Shown here: positions 13,777 to 24,239 of the stretch, in pieces | Position numbering within the stretch: the first letter of the stretch is position 1 | How the letters are laid out: every line of letters begins with the position of its first letter | Source: Halocafeteria seosinensis | Taxonomy: Eukaryota | DNA: 64,000 nt | NCBI GenBank assembly: GCA_001687465.1 | Contig: LVLI01000305.1 | Span: 124,001 to 188,000 of the forward strand | Direction of reading: 5' to 3' | The notes under the pieces: model-generated | Seen by the model: the letters and a program-made list of their open reading frames with translations, nothing else | What the model was told of the DNA's origin: nothing | The model's database searches: none | Made by a program: the position numbers and the translations under genes

Positions 13777-14456
13777 ATGAATACGGAAAGCTCAACTGGT
13801 CCAGTTCCGGCGGCCCAAGCGACGGCTTCGGGCGAGCCATTCGAACACGAACACGAGGAGAACGAGGAAACACAGGTCACACTACAACATCCCGGGAATC
13901 ATAAGGCCAAGAAAACCCCGTCCGAAATTCAGGAACTCGTACAGGAAAGGTTTGATAGAGCAGAACACTTCCTACGGGAGCAAATTGCTCAACATTGGGC
14001 GACGAATCATTATTCGTGCTCTATTGCTCGTCGTCCTCTTCCCTCAAATTCGCACAACGACTTTTACTTTTTGGTGAGATTTTCAAGACCCACAGCGCCT
14101 CATCCAATACCTCCAGCGGTGGCTCATTTCCGCGTTCACGTATGGAGGCAACCAGATGATAGTTGGCATCTTGAAGCTTTAGGTACGTTGGAGCCGACGT
14201 CGTTGAAAGGTGTAGGTTATGAAGACCTTTTCTTCGATTTTGTTATCTACAATAATCGCCTTGTTTATTTAATCTTTATTTCACATTCGCAACTCTTGCA
14301 AATGCAGTAGAGATGAATGAGTACAAGTACACACAGGAACAGCTGAATCGCGGAGCTAAAGTACTCATTGATCGGGCCATTCGTGAGAAATCTTCCTTGG
14401 GCCAGACACTCGATGTGCTAGGTGAATTCGAAAGGTCAAGAATATCGAACCGTTAA
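13777..14456 (+). CDS. AKAP14/AKAP28-domain-like protein (ciliary)
   Basis: FLVRFSRPTAPHPIPPAVAHFRV resembles the AKAP28-family Y/FxVRWSxPTxxxPIPxATA motif. Intron 14183-14307 adds the exon VEMNEYKY...LIDRAIREK, ending at TAA 14454-14456. Confidence 0.55.
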
Positions 14457-14579
14457 GAGTGATATGCGTTGGTAGAGGATGGCCGCCATTCGAATGACCA
14501 AACGTGTCTGGGCACGTTCTTTGGCCCTGAAGCTGCGGGATTGTCTTCCCCTCCCCTTCATGAAGATTGTATCCGATCT

Positions 14580-15602
14580 TCAGCAGCAATCCCAGTATCG
14601 GTTCCTCCAAGGATTTTCCCACCATCTTTCTGAATTCTCTGAAGCGCGAATCTCCTCTCGGGTGGGAATGCGCCAATGCTGAGGTCTCCACGGCTTGTTG
14701 TAAAGCTGGTAACAAATGCCGTCATTGATACAACAAAATTCTTGCAAGTTTCTGAGGATACCCCTTGAAAAAGGCATGTCGATTTCCGGATGATGGATAT
14801 CCAAATTTTGAAACTCGGTAACAGTTTCCGGTCTATGTCTCGCTTCGAAGCCTGTTGTGTTTGAGATGGCGAGCCATCCATGTAGTGCTACGAGCCCTAG
14901 AAGCATGAGAGTGAGAATCCACATGGCTATGGCCAACGCTATGCCTAAGCCCATGGCAAATCCCTTGGGATTTCTATTGGCCAAAGCAAAATGAAGAGAA
15001 GCTAGTCCGATAACAACGGTAAACATTTGTGATAACGCATACCAAAAAAACCGACATGCATTGCGTTCTCCAATGCATGTGTTGAGGACTCCGCAATGGT
15101 GGCTGAACCCGTGTACACATCTATCGCAAATCCGGCAATGATGTGCTCTGGCTGGTTTCCTTTGTTCACAATAGACACAATTGCGTCTCAAATACATTTC
15201 ATCTTGGTCTTCTTCGGGACGCTGTTGCTGTTTGTCTTCCTCCTCCTCTTCCTCTTCTTGTTCCACCGTGGATTCCTTGTCGGGGCCAATGTTCTCCTGT
15301 GCTAGAGTGGCTTCAATTTCTTCGGATGTGTGCCATAAAGGTTGATTGTCCTCGACATCTTCCCCCACAATGGTTTCCGGTCTCACATAGCCCGGGTCCG
15401 AGCCTTGTACAAAGAAATAAAGGACGAATGTGACAGCCAGCGCCACCGTTAACGATAGAGCGTATTCTTGCGGCAGTGTGAAACCATTGACGTATAAGAT
15501 CAATAGAATAGCGAGGATATGCAGAGTGATATGGTAGACCAAAGTGCGCCCTCGAGCTTGTTTGAGGCGTAAAGGCAGATCATTATGGCCATTTCGCTGC
15601 AT
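14580..15602 (-). CDS. DHHC-family protein S-acyltransferase (zDHHC12/PAT10-like) with SHHC motif
   Basis: SDPGYV; CVYCEQRKPARAHHCRICDRCVHGFSHHCGVLNTCIGERN; NTTGFE; PFSRGILRNL; four TM segments. Likely start ATG at 15602. Confidence 0.88.
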   Translation of the reverse strand: MQRNGHNDLPLRLKQARGRTLVYHITLHILAILLILYVNGFTLPQEYALSLTVALAVTFVLYFFVQGSDPGYVRPETIVGEDVEDNQPLWHTSEEIEATLAQENIGPDKESTVEQEEEEEEEDKQQQRPEEDQDEMYLRRNCVYCEQRKPARAHHCRICDRCVHGFSHHCGVLNTCIGERNACRFFWYALSQMFTVVIGLASLHFALANRNPKGFAMGLGIALAIAMWILTLMLLGLVALHGWLAISNTTGFEARHRPETVTEFQNLDIHHPEIDMPFSRGILRNLQEFCCINDGICYQLYNKPWRPQHWRIPTREEIRASENSERWWENPWRNRYWDCC

Positions 15603-15679
15603 TGTTGATGGCTCCAGTGTCTCTATATCATCATAATTGATATAAGTTATATAACGAGAAATATAAAAAAAAATAAAAA

Positions 15680-16218
15680 ATGGTACGTGATGCAATACAC
15701 TGCAATACAGACTGAATGGTGTTCAGCAAGCTCCTTCTGTTATGATTGGCCAGGCGTCCACGGACCGATTCAACGTGAATATAAGCTTCAGTAGCAACTG
15801 GGAGCATTTGCAGAATAAATTCGTAGGGACAGGACACCCGGATATTACTAAATGGTACGTATGGAACCCCTGGAAAGCCTCTGGCAAAGGGTGAGACAGA
15901 TCTTTTCGGTGCAGGGAATGGGCTGTCAATCAACATAGGGATACATTAGCCTCTCATGTGGGGCATTTCGATCAATTAGCTCTCTTTGCGGTAGCTGAGA
16001 ATGAGAGCATTGCGCGGACGCGGTACAATATGAAGGAGAAAATGCTACAACCGTGTGGACCCCCTCCGGCGGTGATCACCGCGAGTGGGGAAGAAGAGCA
16101 GCAGCAACAACAACAGCAGGAGCAACAGCAGCAGGGCAAGGAAGAGGAGAAGAAGAAGGAGCAAGACAGTGAACATCAACAGCAGAACGGCCAGCAACAG
16201 AGCCATGTCACGCAATAG
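15680..16218 (+). CDS. SF3B5: U2 snRNP splicing factor SF3b subunit 5 (SF3b10)
   Basis: ATG, intron 15683-15753, ASTDRFNVNISFSSNWEHLQNKFVGTGHPDITKW, intron 15855-15914, EWAVNQHRDTLASHVGH...AENESIARTRYNMKEKMLQPCGPPP, then a Q/E-rich tail. Confidence 0.93.
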
Positions 16219-16252
16219 GAAGAGGTAATTCTGGAGTGGATAGTAAATTATT

Positions 16253-18609
16253 TTACATTTTCTGGCAAACATAAACCTTGGGCTCGAGGCGTATCATATG
16301 GCGAGGTAGTGTCGCAATATTATACAGCCCTAAGTAAAGAGAATGTGCAAGGTTCTCGAGCCTGTCGCTTAATGTCCCAGGGGTCGATTTCACGATTCCA
16401 CGGAGAGAATGCACAATATCTCGCAGAGAATTTTCCACCATCATTCTTGCCGCGTTGACATTTATTCCTGCGTAACCCTTTTCGACATGAACAAGAGTCC
16501 ATGCGTTCTCTTGACACTTGTCATCTCCAGCTAGAATGTAGGTATACGGCGAGGAGCCGGCAAACTCATTTCCGGGATGTATCTTCTCTGTCTTGTCGTA
16601 CTTCCAAGGCCATCCACGCTCGCCAAATCTAGTGACTCCTGACATAGTAGCTTCTGCACTTATGTGGACTCTCCAAGGCATTCGGCCAAGCGCAACTGGT
16701 TGAAACATGTTGACACTGTGCACTCGTGGTGGGGAATCGGAATCATACGGATTGTGGAACACTGGAGATGGAGGAAGAGGAACAGGCCACGGAAATACTG
16801 ACGAATTATTCAGTAACGCCGGGTCTGGACGGTCTTTCGGATTTGTCCGACGTTGTTCTAAGGTTAACACCGACTTATCCTGGATATCGTGAACTTGCTG
16901 CAATGCATATCCACCCGGGTAGTTCCAAGAGGATGCCACGGAGAAAAGGACGGTAGCGCCCACATTCAGGAGGAAGAGCGTTGTAACACACAATATCCTC
17001 AACTTTCGACCACTTTTCGGTTCGTGTTTCAAGCTGGAATCCTCGGCAATGTCCGTGGAGGATGCCCGACGGCGGCCAGCAGGGGTAGGTTGAGCATTCG
17101 CTTTTATTCGGTAGGATGGGATGGTTTGCATCGTAAACTTTGCAACTCCATTGGCGCAGACCAAGACGAAAAGAGGAACGCTTGGAAACAAGAACCGTAG
17201 TTCCTTATGCGGAAGTATCGAGTAGAGTCCAACGAAAAGAGCTGCAGAGACGGCGAACGGTGTTGAAATCGAATCCAATTTCCATTGCATTTTACCTTTT
17301 CTGAACCACATTAAACCAACCGGAAAGAAGAGTAGAGCAGTAAGTAACACGCGCGGAATAGCGCTTGTGATGTACCAGTGCCATGGCTCTGTTCCCCACT
17401 GGGAAGACTTGTTCTCTACCGTATTGAAGAATAATACTACGCCTTCAGGCCATACCCATTTTCCCCAGAAAAGTGAATCGACAGCGACACTGATAGCTAT
17501 TGATATAATGCCTGTGACAGCTCCTACGACAACCATGGTCTTTAAGCTAATTTGTTGCTTGTATAGCATGACCAAACAAACCGGTGCTAGCAAAACTGCC
17601 ACATCGCAGCGGAAAAATACAATAGCCACAGTTAGCCATACAATTGTGTAGGCGCAGCGATCCTCTTTCGAATTTGTATCATGAGGGTGACCAGAGTCGT
17701 CGTACACTACTGTCGTGCGCTCATTTTCTACCCAGTTCGCTAGTCCAAAGAGTGCTGGCAATTTATCCAAAAAAGCACACGCAAACAGAAGGTGAAGATA
17801 ATTACCATACCAATGTGGCAAAAAATAAAATAATTTAGTCATGTCCGTACTTGTTATCAAAGCCAAATTATTCCCCAATGGACGCGAAATATAAAATAGA
17901 ACATGCGGAACTGTTGCAATAATGATTGCAAAATATTTTGAAGTAGAATACCCAAATCTCCAATGAATAGCATCTCGAAATCTGCAAAAGAAAACAGGTA
18001 AAAAGTAGAAGAAATCTCCAGAAAGCACGATATCGCGTCATACCGTGCAATCGCTGCCCATCCAATAAAACCGATACATAGCCGAACTGGAGAACCACAG
18101 AGATGCAATCAATGAGGAAAAAAAGACGGACACACTCACAACTATTGCATGCACGTACCGACGTAATGAACCAAAAGCTTTGGTAGCATTCTCCATGTCA
18201 AGATCGAAGCCAGCATACTGGACGCTCCCGCCATAATTAGTGGGCCCACAAACGAGCGCGGAACGGGTCCAGGGAAGTCGTTGTGGTCATAACTCGCTAA
18301 ATCCGTTTGGTGGTACAAGATATCATGCGTTGCTTGCATGTGGAAACTCTCCTCGACTTTGGTGAAAGGGGATCCAATAATCTGGAGGACAATGATGACC
18401 GCCAGTACCAAGCTCCATCGGTCAAGTTCCCAAGTGGTCGATGCGTGAGCTTTGTACTGTGCTGCCCGCTGTGGATCTACTCCGCCATTGGCGCTTGAAA
18501 CAGGGGTATGAGAGGACCTCACAGAAGTATCCTCCGTATCTCTGGTCTTTCTAAACGAGCTGGAATGCTGTCGCCTTTGTCGCAGAGTTTGTGCCTGCGG
18601 TGTGTCCAT
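16253..18609 (-). CDS. ALG12: Dol-P-Man alpha-1,6-mannosyltransferase
   Basis: PFTKVEESFHMQATHD, YDHNDFPGPVPRSFVG, WPEGVVLFFN, PWHWY, LPHKELRF, NYPGGYAL, SGVTRFGE and YDKTE; about 3 introns. Confidence 0.92.
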
Positions 18610-18976
18610 TTTGTCAATCCCGTACGAATACCACTTGTATCTCACGGTGTACGTCCCTCGTAGACGATGTAGTTACGACAGGGTGATGCAACACAGCGAA
18701 AACATCTCCTGTAGGCTATAGCGCGCATACACACCCCAAAGATCGTCTGGATCGGCTCTAACAACTTCCTTCACAAAAAAAAATTAAGTAGCACAAAAGA
18801 TTGCACGCTTCTGAACTCAACCGTAAAAGCACACAAGCAAGACATACGGGGTACAAGTAGCAATATATCGTTGGTCGCCTCTTTTTCTAAAATGGTGGGA
18901 GCTCTCGCCCACATGGCATGGCCCAGCAGTTTGGGCGGAAAACACACATAAACAGAGAGATTCCGTCGGGGTTGCA

Positions 18977-21032
18977 ATGGAGAGTTCCTCGGTGAGCAAC
19001 ATGCTACATAATCGTTCCCAGTCCAATGCCAGTGACCATGGGAGCAGCCTTTCCACACATTCGACTGGCCAGATTGACGGTCGAAGCTCGTCCTTCAAAA
19101 GACCAGTGGTTCGAGTGAATGTACAAATTCTGGTGGAAGGCATCCGCTCCCCGTTAGCCTCTGTTGCAGCTCCTTCAGATCTCACGTTAGCTGAGCTTCG
19201 AAATGAAGTAAGTTTTTAGCCATCATTGACACTAACCGAATTGGGGATACTGGCGGTGCTCTTACAAATGCAGATTTACAAAGTAGATTTCTTGCCGGAT
19301 GAGTTCTCATTCGTCTCAAAAGCAGGGGTACGTACGCATTGATATATTGAAGGTACCTAGGTTAACACCACAATCGAAATTCATTTTGTCTGCTTTTACA
19401 CAGGACGTCATCAGCTCTCATTTTGAAGGATTACAACAAGTCGGCCAAATGCGAAGCCCGATTCAGGTGACTTTGAGAGTCATCGAGAAGGAACGTCTCC
19501 CTGAATTGCCAGGAGCATCACGAAGTAGAGTTTCTCTGTCCAATTCACAGGCAAAGAAGCAAGAGGATATCTTAAAGAAAGCGATGAAACGTTTAACGAC
19601 AAAGTCACAGAAGAAACTACGGACAACAGAGTCTGCGTACAAGAAAAGTCGAGACCTACGCTCAGAGAGGAAGCCTCCGCAGACCGAAGACCCCGAGGAA
19701 GTATTGGGTGTTCATTCGTTGTCTTTTAGTCGGGAATCTCGGAAAATATCGGAGAACTTTGGAAAACAAGGAAAAGCGAGGAAAGCTCAGAATGCCAGTA
19801 AGCAACAGTCTACCCAAAGAAACGGAAAAACAGTATCCACGAAATATTCACGAGGATCTTCTGTAGTCAGTCGCGCCCGAGAGACAATACAAAACGAGAG
19901 GAGGTGGCGGAGTCACTCAGGCGCTGGTCAAAGCTCCAGTGGTTACCGCCCTCCAAGCAAACTTACTACTTCTTCTACAGTGCTCCCGAGACGCGCAGAA
20001 TCGAGACTGAATTATTCGTTATTGGATAGTCCCATGTCTCTCCCTGAAAGAGGTGGGGATACACACGAGCCGGACGCTGAGGCGGCGTTCACGCAACAAG
20101 GTGAAAGCGAACACGTGCAAGAAAAGCCACGCAGCAGAACCGAACTAAGCGATCCATTTTTCTTTCCAGCTAAAAGTGACACGTTTCAAACGTCAGCCAT
20201 TCAGTCGCGCATTGAGCAGGTAAAAGCGAGGATTGATGCTAAACTAAGAGCCTACCAAGTACCACATTATGACGAGCCCATGCCTTCCTATCAAGGAGGA
20301 ACAGCATTACGTGAAAGAGACCAAAAAACCATTGCCGAGTACGAGAGATCAAGTCCAACCAAGAGCTACACTGATTATTCGACTACGCTGTTAGCAGAAG
20401 ATAACGGCAGTACTTCTACACCTGGAAGATCCCCGATTTCAAGAGAAAAAGTTGGCTTCACGTATTCGTTCTCGTCTGACTATAGCCAACTCCATGATGT
20501 TCAACACAAAAAGCCGGAACCAGAGGACGATATCGTAAACCGGAGAATCTGGTACTCCAAGTCCATAGAGCTGCCACCACTAGAGTATACAAAAAGGGAG
20601 GAACTTGTGCAGCGTCCACCTGGTTTTCGTGTGGGTATCATAACCTTAGCAGGGAATAGCGTGACATTTGAGGTGTCAGTGTGCATATTCGACCCTTCGA
20701 TACAGAAAAACTTTAAGACGAATTTCCCAGGAGAAAAGATCAAGAGCATTTTCCCCCAACTCTCGAACTTTAGGACAAGGTCGTACGAGTTGAAAAAGAA
20801 ATGGTGGCAGAGGCAATTGAGGCACTTGTCCGATTGCATTTCCGTAAAGACTGGGGAGCATCGAGAAGACTTAATAATTGTCATCGATGAAGCGCGGCTT
20901 CCAGTTGCAAGCTCATCCGTTCCACAAGACCAGTATCTGGCCAAGATGCAGGATCAAGTGACGGATCTCACCCATAAAATTGAAACTGATAGAAAAAAAC
21001 GGTCCCAACAAAATGGAGAGTCGCCGTACTAA
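18977..21032 (+). CDS. Unknown protein; possible ubiquitin-like N-terminal domain, long disordered middle
   Basis: Introns at ~19208-19273 and ~19328-19403 give VRVNVQIL...DLTLAELRNEIYKVDFLPDEFSFVSKAGDVI..., joined to the long ORF ending at 21032. Confidence 0.6.
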
Positions 21033-21041
21033 TTGGATCAA

Positions 21042-22925
21042 TCAAGAAGAGAGTTTTCTCCTGATGAGTTCCTTGGCTGTTGCATTAAGCGGGTGGACTA
21101 TACGTCCCCAAAACGGCAGAAGCTGCCGACGTTCCTCCGATTCACTCTGCCGCCACTTTTCGATCACATTCTCGAGAGAGCAATCTTCTGTGCAGTCGTA
21201 ACACGCGATCCACTCTCGGAGATTAGCACCAGCGGAGAATATCCAAATCGTGCGTTTCAGGAGGGAATCGAAGTCTGAGGGGTCTTCGAGCAAGCCTCGG
21301 TGACGTGCTTCATCGTAAGCAGTCTGCATTCTTTTCTTCACATCTCCCTTGCTTGAATTATTCAGTATATCTAATATCCTGGAGCAATGAAAGTCTATCG
21401 CCGCCACCGGCACTTCATTTTCTTGTAGATTGAGTTCATCCAGATAATGCCCTATTTCAGGCGGCTTCTGCGTTTCAACTTTGTTTGCTTTATACATAGC
21501 GAGGAACCAGTTGTACCTATTGTGGTTTTCTGTGAGAATACCGCACTGGTACAAGCATCCGAACGTAAGCAGATCGCGGTACTGATCCTCTTTAAGTTTC
21601 TCTTGTAACAGTTTCCCGTTTTCAGAAGTCTCGAGGAACAGATTCTGGCATTGAAATCTCCTAGTCCAGAGTTTCGCAAAGTTTACGCACATTGTCATAT
21701 CGCATTTCATTCCCCCAAACGAAGAGCGCAAGAGCATACACACCACCCATGCCCCTAGTGACCCTTTCTTAGGAGTAACTAGCGATTCCAGTAGGTATTT
21801 TACGTCTAGTAGTGGTTGACCTGATGAGCCAGTTGCATCAGCTGAGACCTTACTAACGATGCTTGATGTTTCAAGGTTCCCCAGCCTCAGTGTTTCTGTC
21901 TGTAAAACCTTCTGTTGCTCCGCCGATAGAGTGGAGGGCAAGTGCGGATGGTGCGTTGTGTCGAGCCAGTCTGTATTGGCTATTTCGGCCACTGTAGACA
22001 GGATAAGACTGTAGTGCAGGGAACCCAGGACATATCCTTTCGAAACAGCTATCATCATCCAAACCAACACTGGGAAGGCTGGATGAAGAAAACTATCCTC
22101 GAGTACTATAATGGGAAGACGTCTTAAGAGGTCTGTTTCGTCTCGATGCAGTAACAGACATGCGGCTTTTACCGCTGCCGATGGTCGCTTCCTACGTACT
22201 GCTTTTTGCAAAATCGATTTGAGCTGAGATGAGGAAAAATTTAAGCCGTTACTCCTTGTGACCTGCACTCTCTGTTTAATACCGCCAGCAGATCCGTACC
22301 CACTCGGCAACCTAGTCGTCACAAGAACTCTAGAGGTAGCTGGGGAAGTGGTGCCTGATAGAAATGTGGCATTCGCTTGTCCTTTCCATTGTACAGAGAT
22401 ACCGGAGAAAGTCGGTTCGTCTGCCATAGCAAGAATCCACCGCCAATTTCGAAACGCTCCGCCGAGTTGGGGTGGGCTGTCAGAGTGACACGGCGATTCC
22501 TCAAACCACAAATGAAAATGCATCGTGAAAGGCTTCTCTCTCGCTCTGCTCATGAGCATTGTCAGCCCATTGCGGGTTTCATCATTGCTGCAACATGCGT
22601 TAGACTCCTTGATCCAATGGGCTGGAGGCTCTGAAGCCGCAGATGATGGGGATGTTTGGTTCGTCTCTGAGGCTTCATGGTAGTGAGTAGTTCCTCGTCC
22701 TTTGGACTGATCTTTACTCATCAGCATTGAGAACGCATTCGCTTTGGATGATGACGAAGTTGTCTTGGAGATCTTCTCTCCGCTAGGGGAACTCGACTGT
22801 TGGGCACCCTCCTCCTCATCTTCGATAAGTGTGATGACATCTTTCTGTGGGGAGGTTCGCTGTCTCTTGAACCCACGATATGCTGAGAGCGGGTTCATTT
22901 CATTTCGAGTCTCAGTAGTAGTCAA
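21042..22925 (-). CDS. Uncharacterised protein with RarA/MgsA/WRNIP1 C-terminal-like helical domain and no ATPase motifs
   Basis: 627-aa ORF; LKSILQKAVRR..AAVKAA...LLRRLPIIVLED parallels MgsA SALHKSIRG..AA...RRL...ED. Also SFGGMKCD and AIDFHCS. Confidence 0.6.
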   Translation of the reverse strand: MTTTETRNEMNPLSAYRGFKRQRTSPQKDVITLIEDEEEGAQQSSSPSGEKISKTTSSSSKANAFSMLMSKDQSKGRGTTHYHEASETNQTSPSSAASEPPAHWIKESNACCSNDETRNGLTMLMSRAREKPFTMHFHLWFEESPCHSDSPPQLGGAFRNWRWILAMADEPTFSGISVQWKGQANATFLSGTTSPATSRVLVTTRLPSGYGSAGGIKQRVQVTRSNGLNFSSSQLKSILQKAVRRKRPSAAVKAACLLLHRDETDLLRRLPIIVLEDSFLHPAFPVLVWMMIAVSKGYVLGSLHYSLILSTVAEIANTDWLDTTHHPHLPSTLSAEQQKVLQTETLRLGNLETSSIVSKVSADATGSSGQPLLDVKYLLESLVTPKKGSLGAWVVCMLLRSSFGGMKCDMTMCVNFAKLWTRRFQCQNLFLETSENGKLLQEKLKEDQYRDLLTFGCLYQCGILTENHNRYNWFLAMYKANKVETQKPPEIGHYLDELNLQENEVPVAAIDFHCSRILDILNNSSKGDVKKRMQTAYDEARHRGLLEDPSDFDSLLKRTIWIFSAGANLREWIACYDCTEDCSLENVIEKWRQSESEERRQLLPFWGRIVHPLNATAKELIRRKLSS

Positions 22926-23544
22926 GTGCCAACGCTGGGTTTTGCTTCTGCCGCTCTTCTTGACGCTATCAATCCTGTCCTCGCCGCACTTTACGGACAG
23001 GGTTCCTGCAAACAGAGTATGTATGTGAAATGATTTGAATGCGCTGTGTAGCCGCCTGAGAAAATTCGTCTTTCGTATGTGTGCGTGCCGTCGGTTCTCC
23101 TCTTCGATTTAGCGCGCTCTTGGTATTTTCAAAACCAGAGTTTGTATTGTTTTGTTTTGCATGTATAATCGCATTCCATGGCGTATACAAAGTGGTGTAG
23201 TGCAATCCTCGAGCTTGAATGACGTATTGAACTTGTTGTTGTAATTAACTCCAAAATTACACACCACATTCCCTATTCAGTCTTTATTTATACTGCCTAT
23301 TTTCATGACATAACCTCTATCAAGCACTGGCAGTATCGTATCTAGTCTCTGGAACACTCTCAAGACCCTCCTACTTTCCTCCTCCGTGAAGGTGGTCAAG
23401 ACACCCCATATATACATATACACACACAGTCCGTGACACACAGATTCAAAAACTATTTGTATTGTATTGTAATTGTGACAATTTTCCCACTATACACAGA
23501 GGTGTCTCTAGACGAATAGAAGGTGGGATTAAACCTAGTACACA

Positions 23545-24043
23545 ATGGCGGCGGCTGGCGAAGGAGCTCCCAGTTACACTGCATATGATGATCTAGACGC
23601 CTTTGGAGATGAATTAGAAAGGGAAGAACAGCGTGTTGAATTCATTCCCGAGCAGCAAGAAGGCGCTGCAGCCGATGGCGACGAACAGGGAGATGAATAT
23701 CAGGGGGACGAGGATATGCAAGGAGCCCCCACTGACGCGTACGAACAGAGGATGACAACACGATATATGACAAAATACGAAAGAGCACGCATTTTAGGGA
23801 CCCGCGCACTACAATTAAGGTAAGCTGAAGAACCGGTATGGTACCATCTGCTTGCTCAGTATTTATTCATTGGATGGCGATTGCAGCTTAAATGCCCCAC
23901 CGCTGGTGGAGATACAAGGCGAAACAGACCCACTACGCATTGCCATGCGCGAACTAAAGGAGAATAGAATCCCAATTATAGTGAGAAGGTTTCTCCCCGA
24001 TGGAAGTCACGAGGACTGGAAGGCAACTGAACTAATTCAGTAG
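23545..24043 (+). CDS. RPB6: RNA polymerases I/II/III shared subunit RPABC2
   Basis: [23 protein letters not shown], intron 23820-23886, [45 protein letters not shown]. Confidence 0.97.
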
Positions 24044-24239
24044 AAACAGGGACCGCTCTAGCGATGACCGTGTACAGTATGTACTTTGATGTGGGCAGAG
24101 CCCCATATTATTATTTATTAAGGTTGTTCCAGGACGAATATGGAGGTCTACTTCATAAGGATCCGCTAGCTGAATATGTATTGTCATTTAAATGAAACAG
24201 TAGAGCTGGAAACAATCGACACCCGACTAGTTTCGCCAG

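Noticed and set aside
21033..21278. 81-aa + strand ORF immediately after the 21032 stop (possible readthrough)
   Set aside because: It is the antisense shadow of the 627-aa minus-strand gene, starts at TTG and has no recognisable motif. The same applies to the many other short antisense ORFs in the track.
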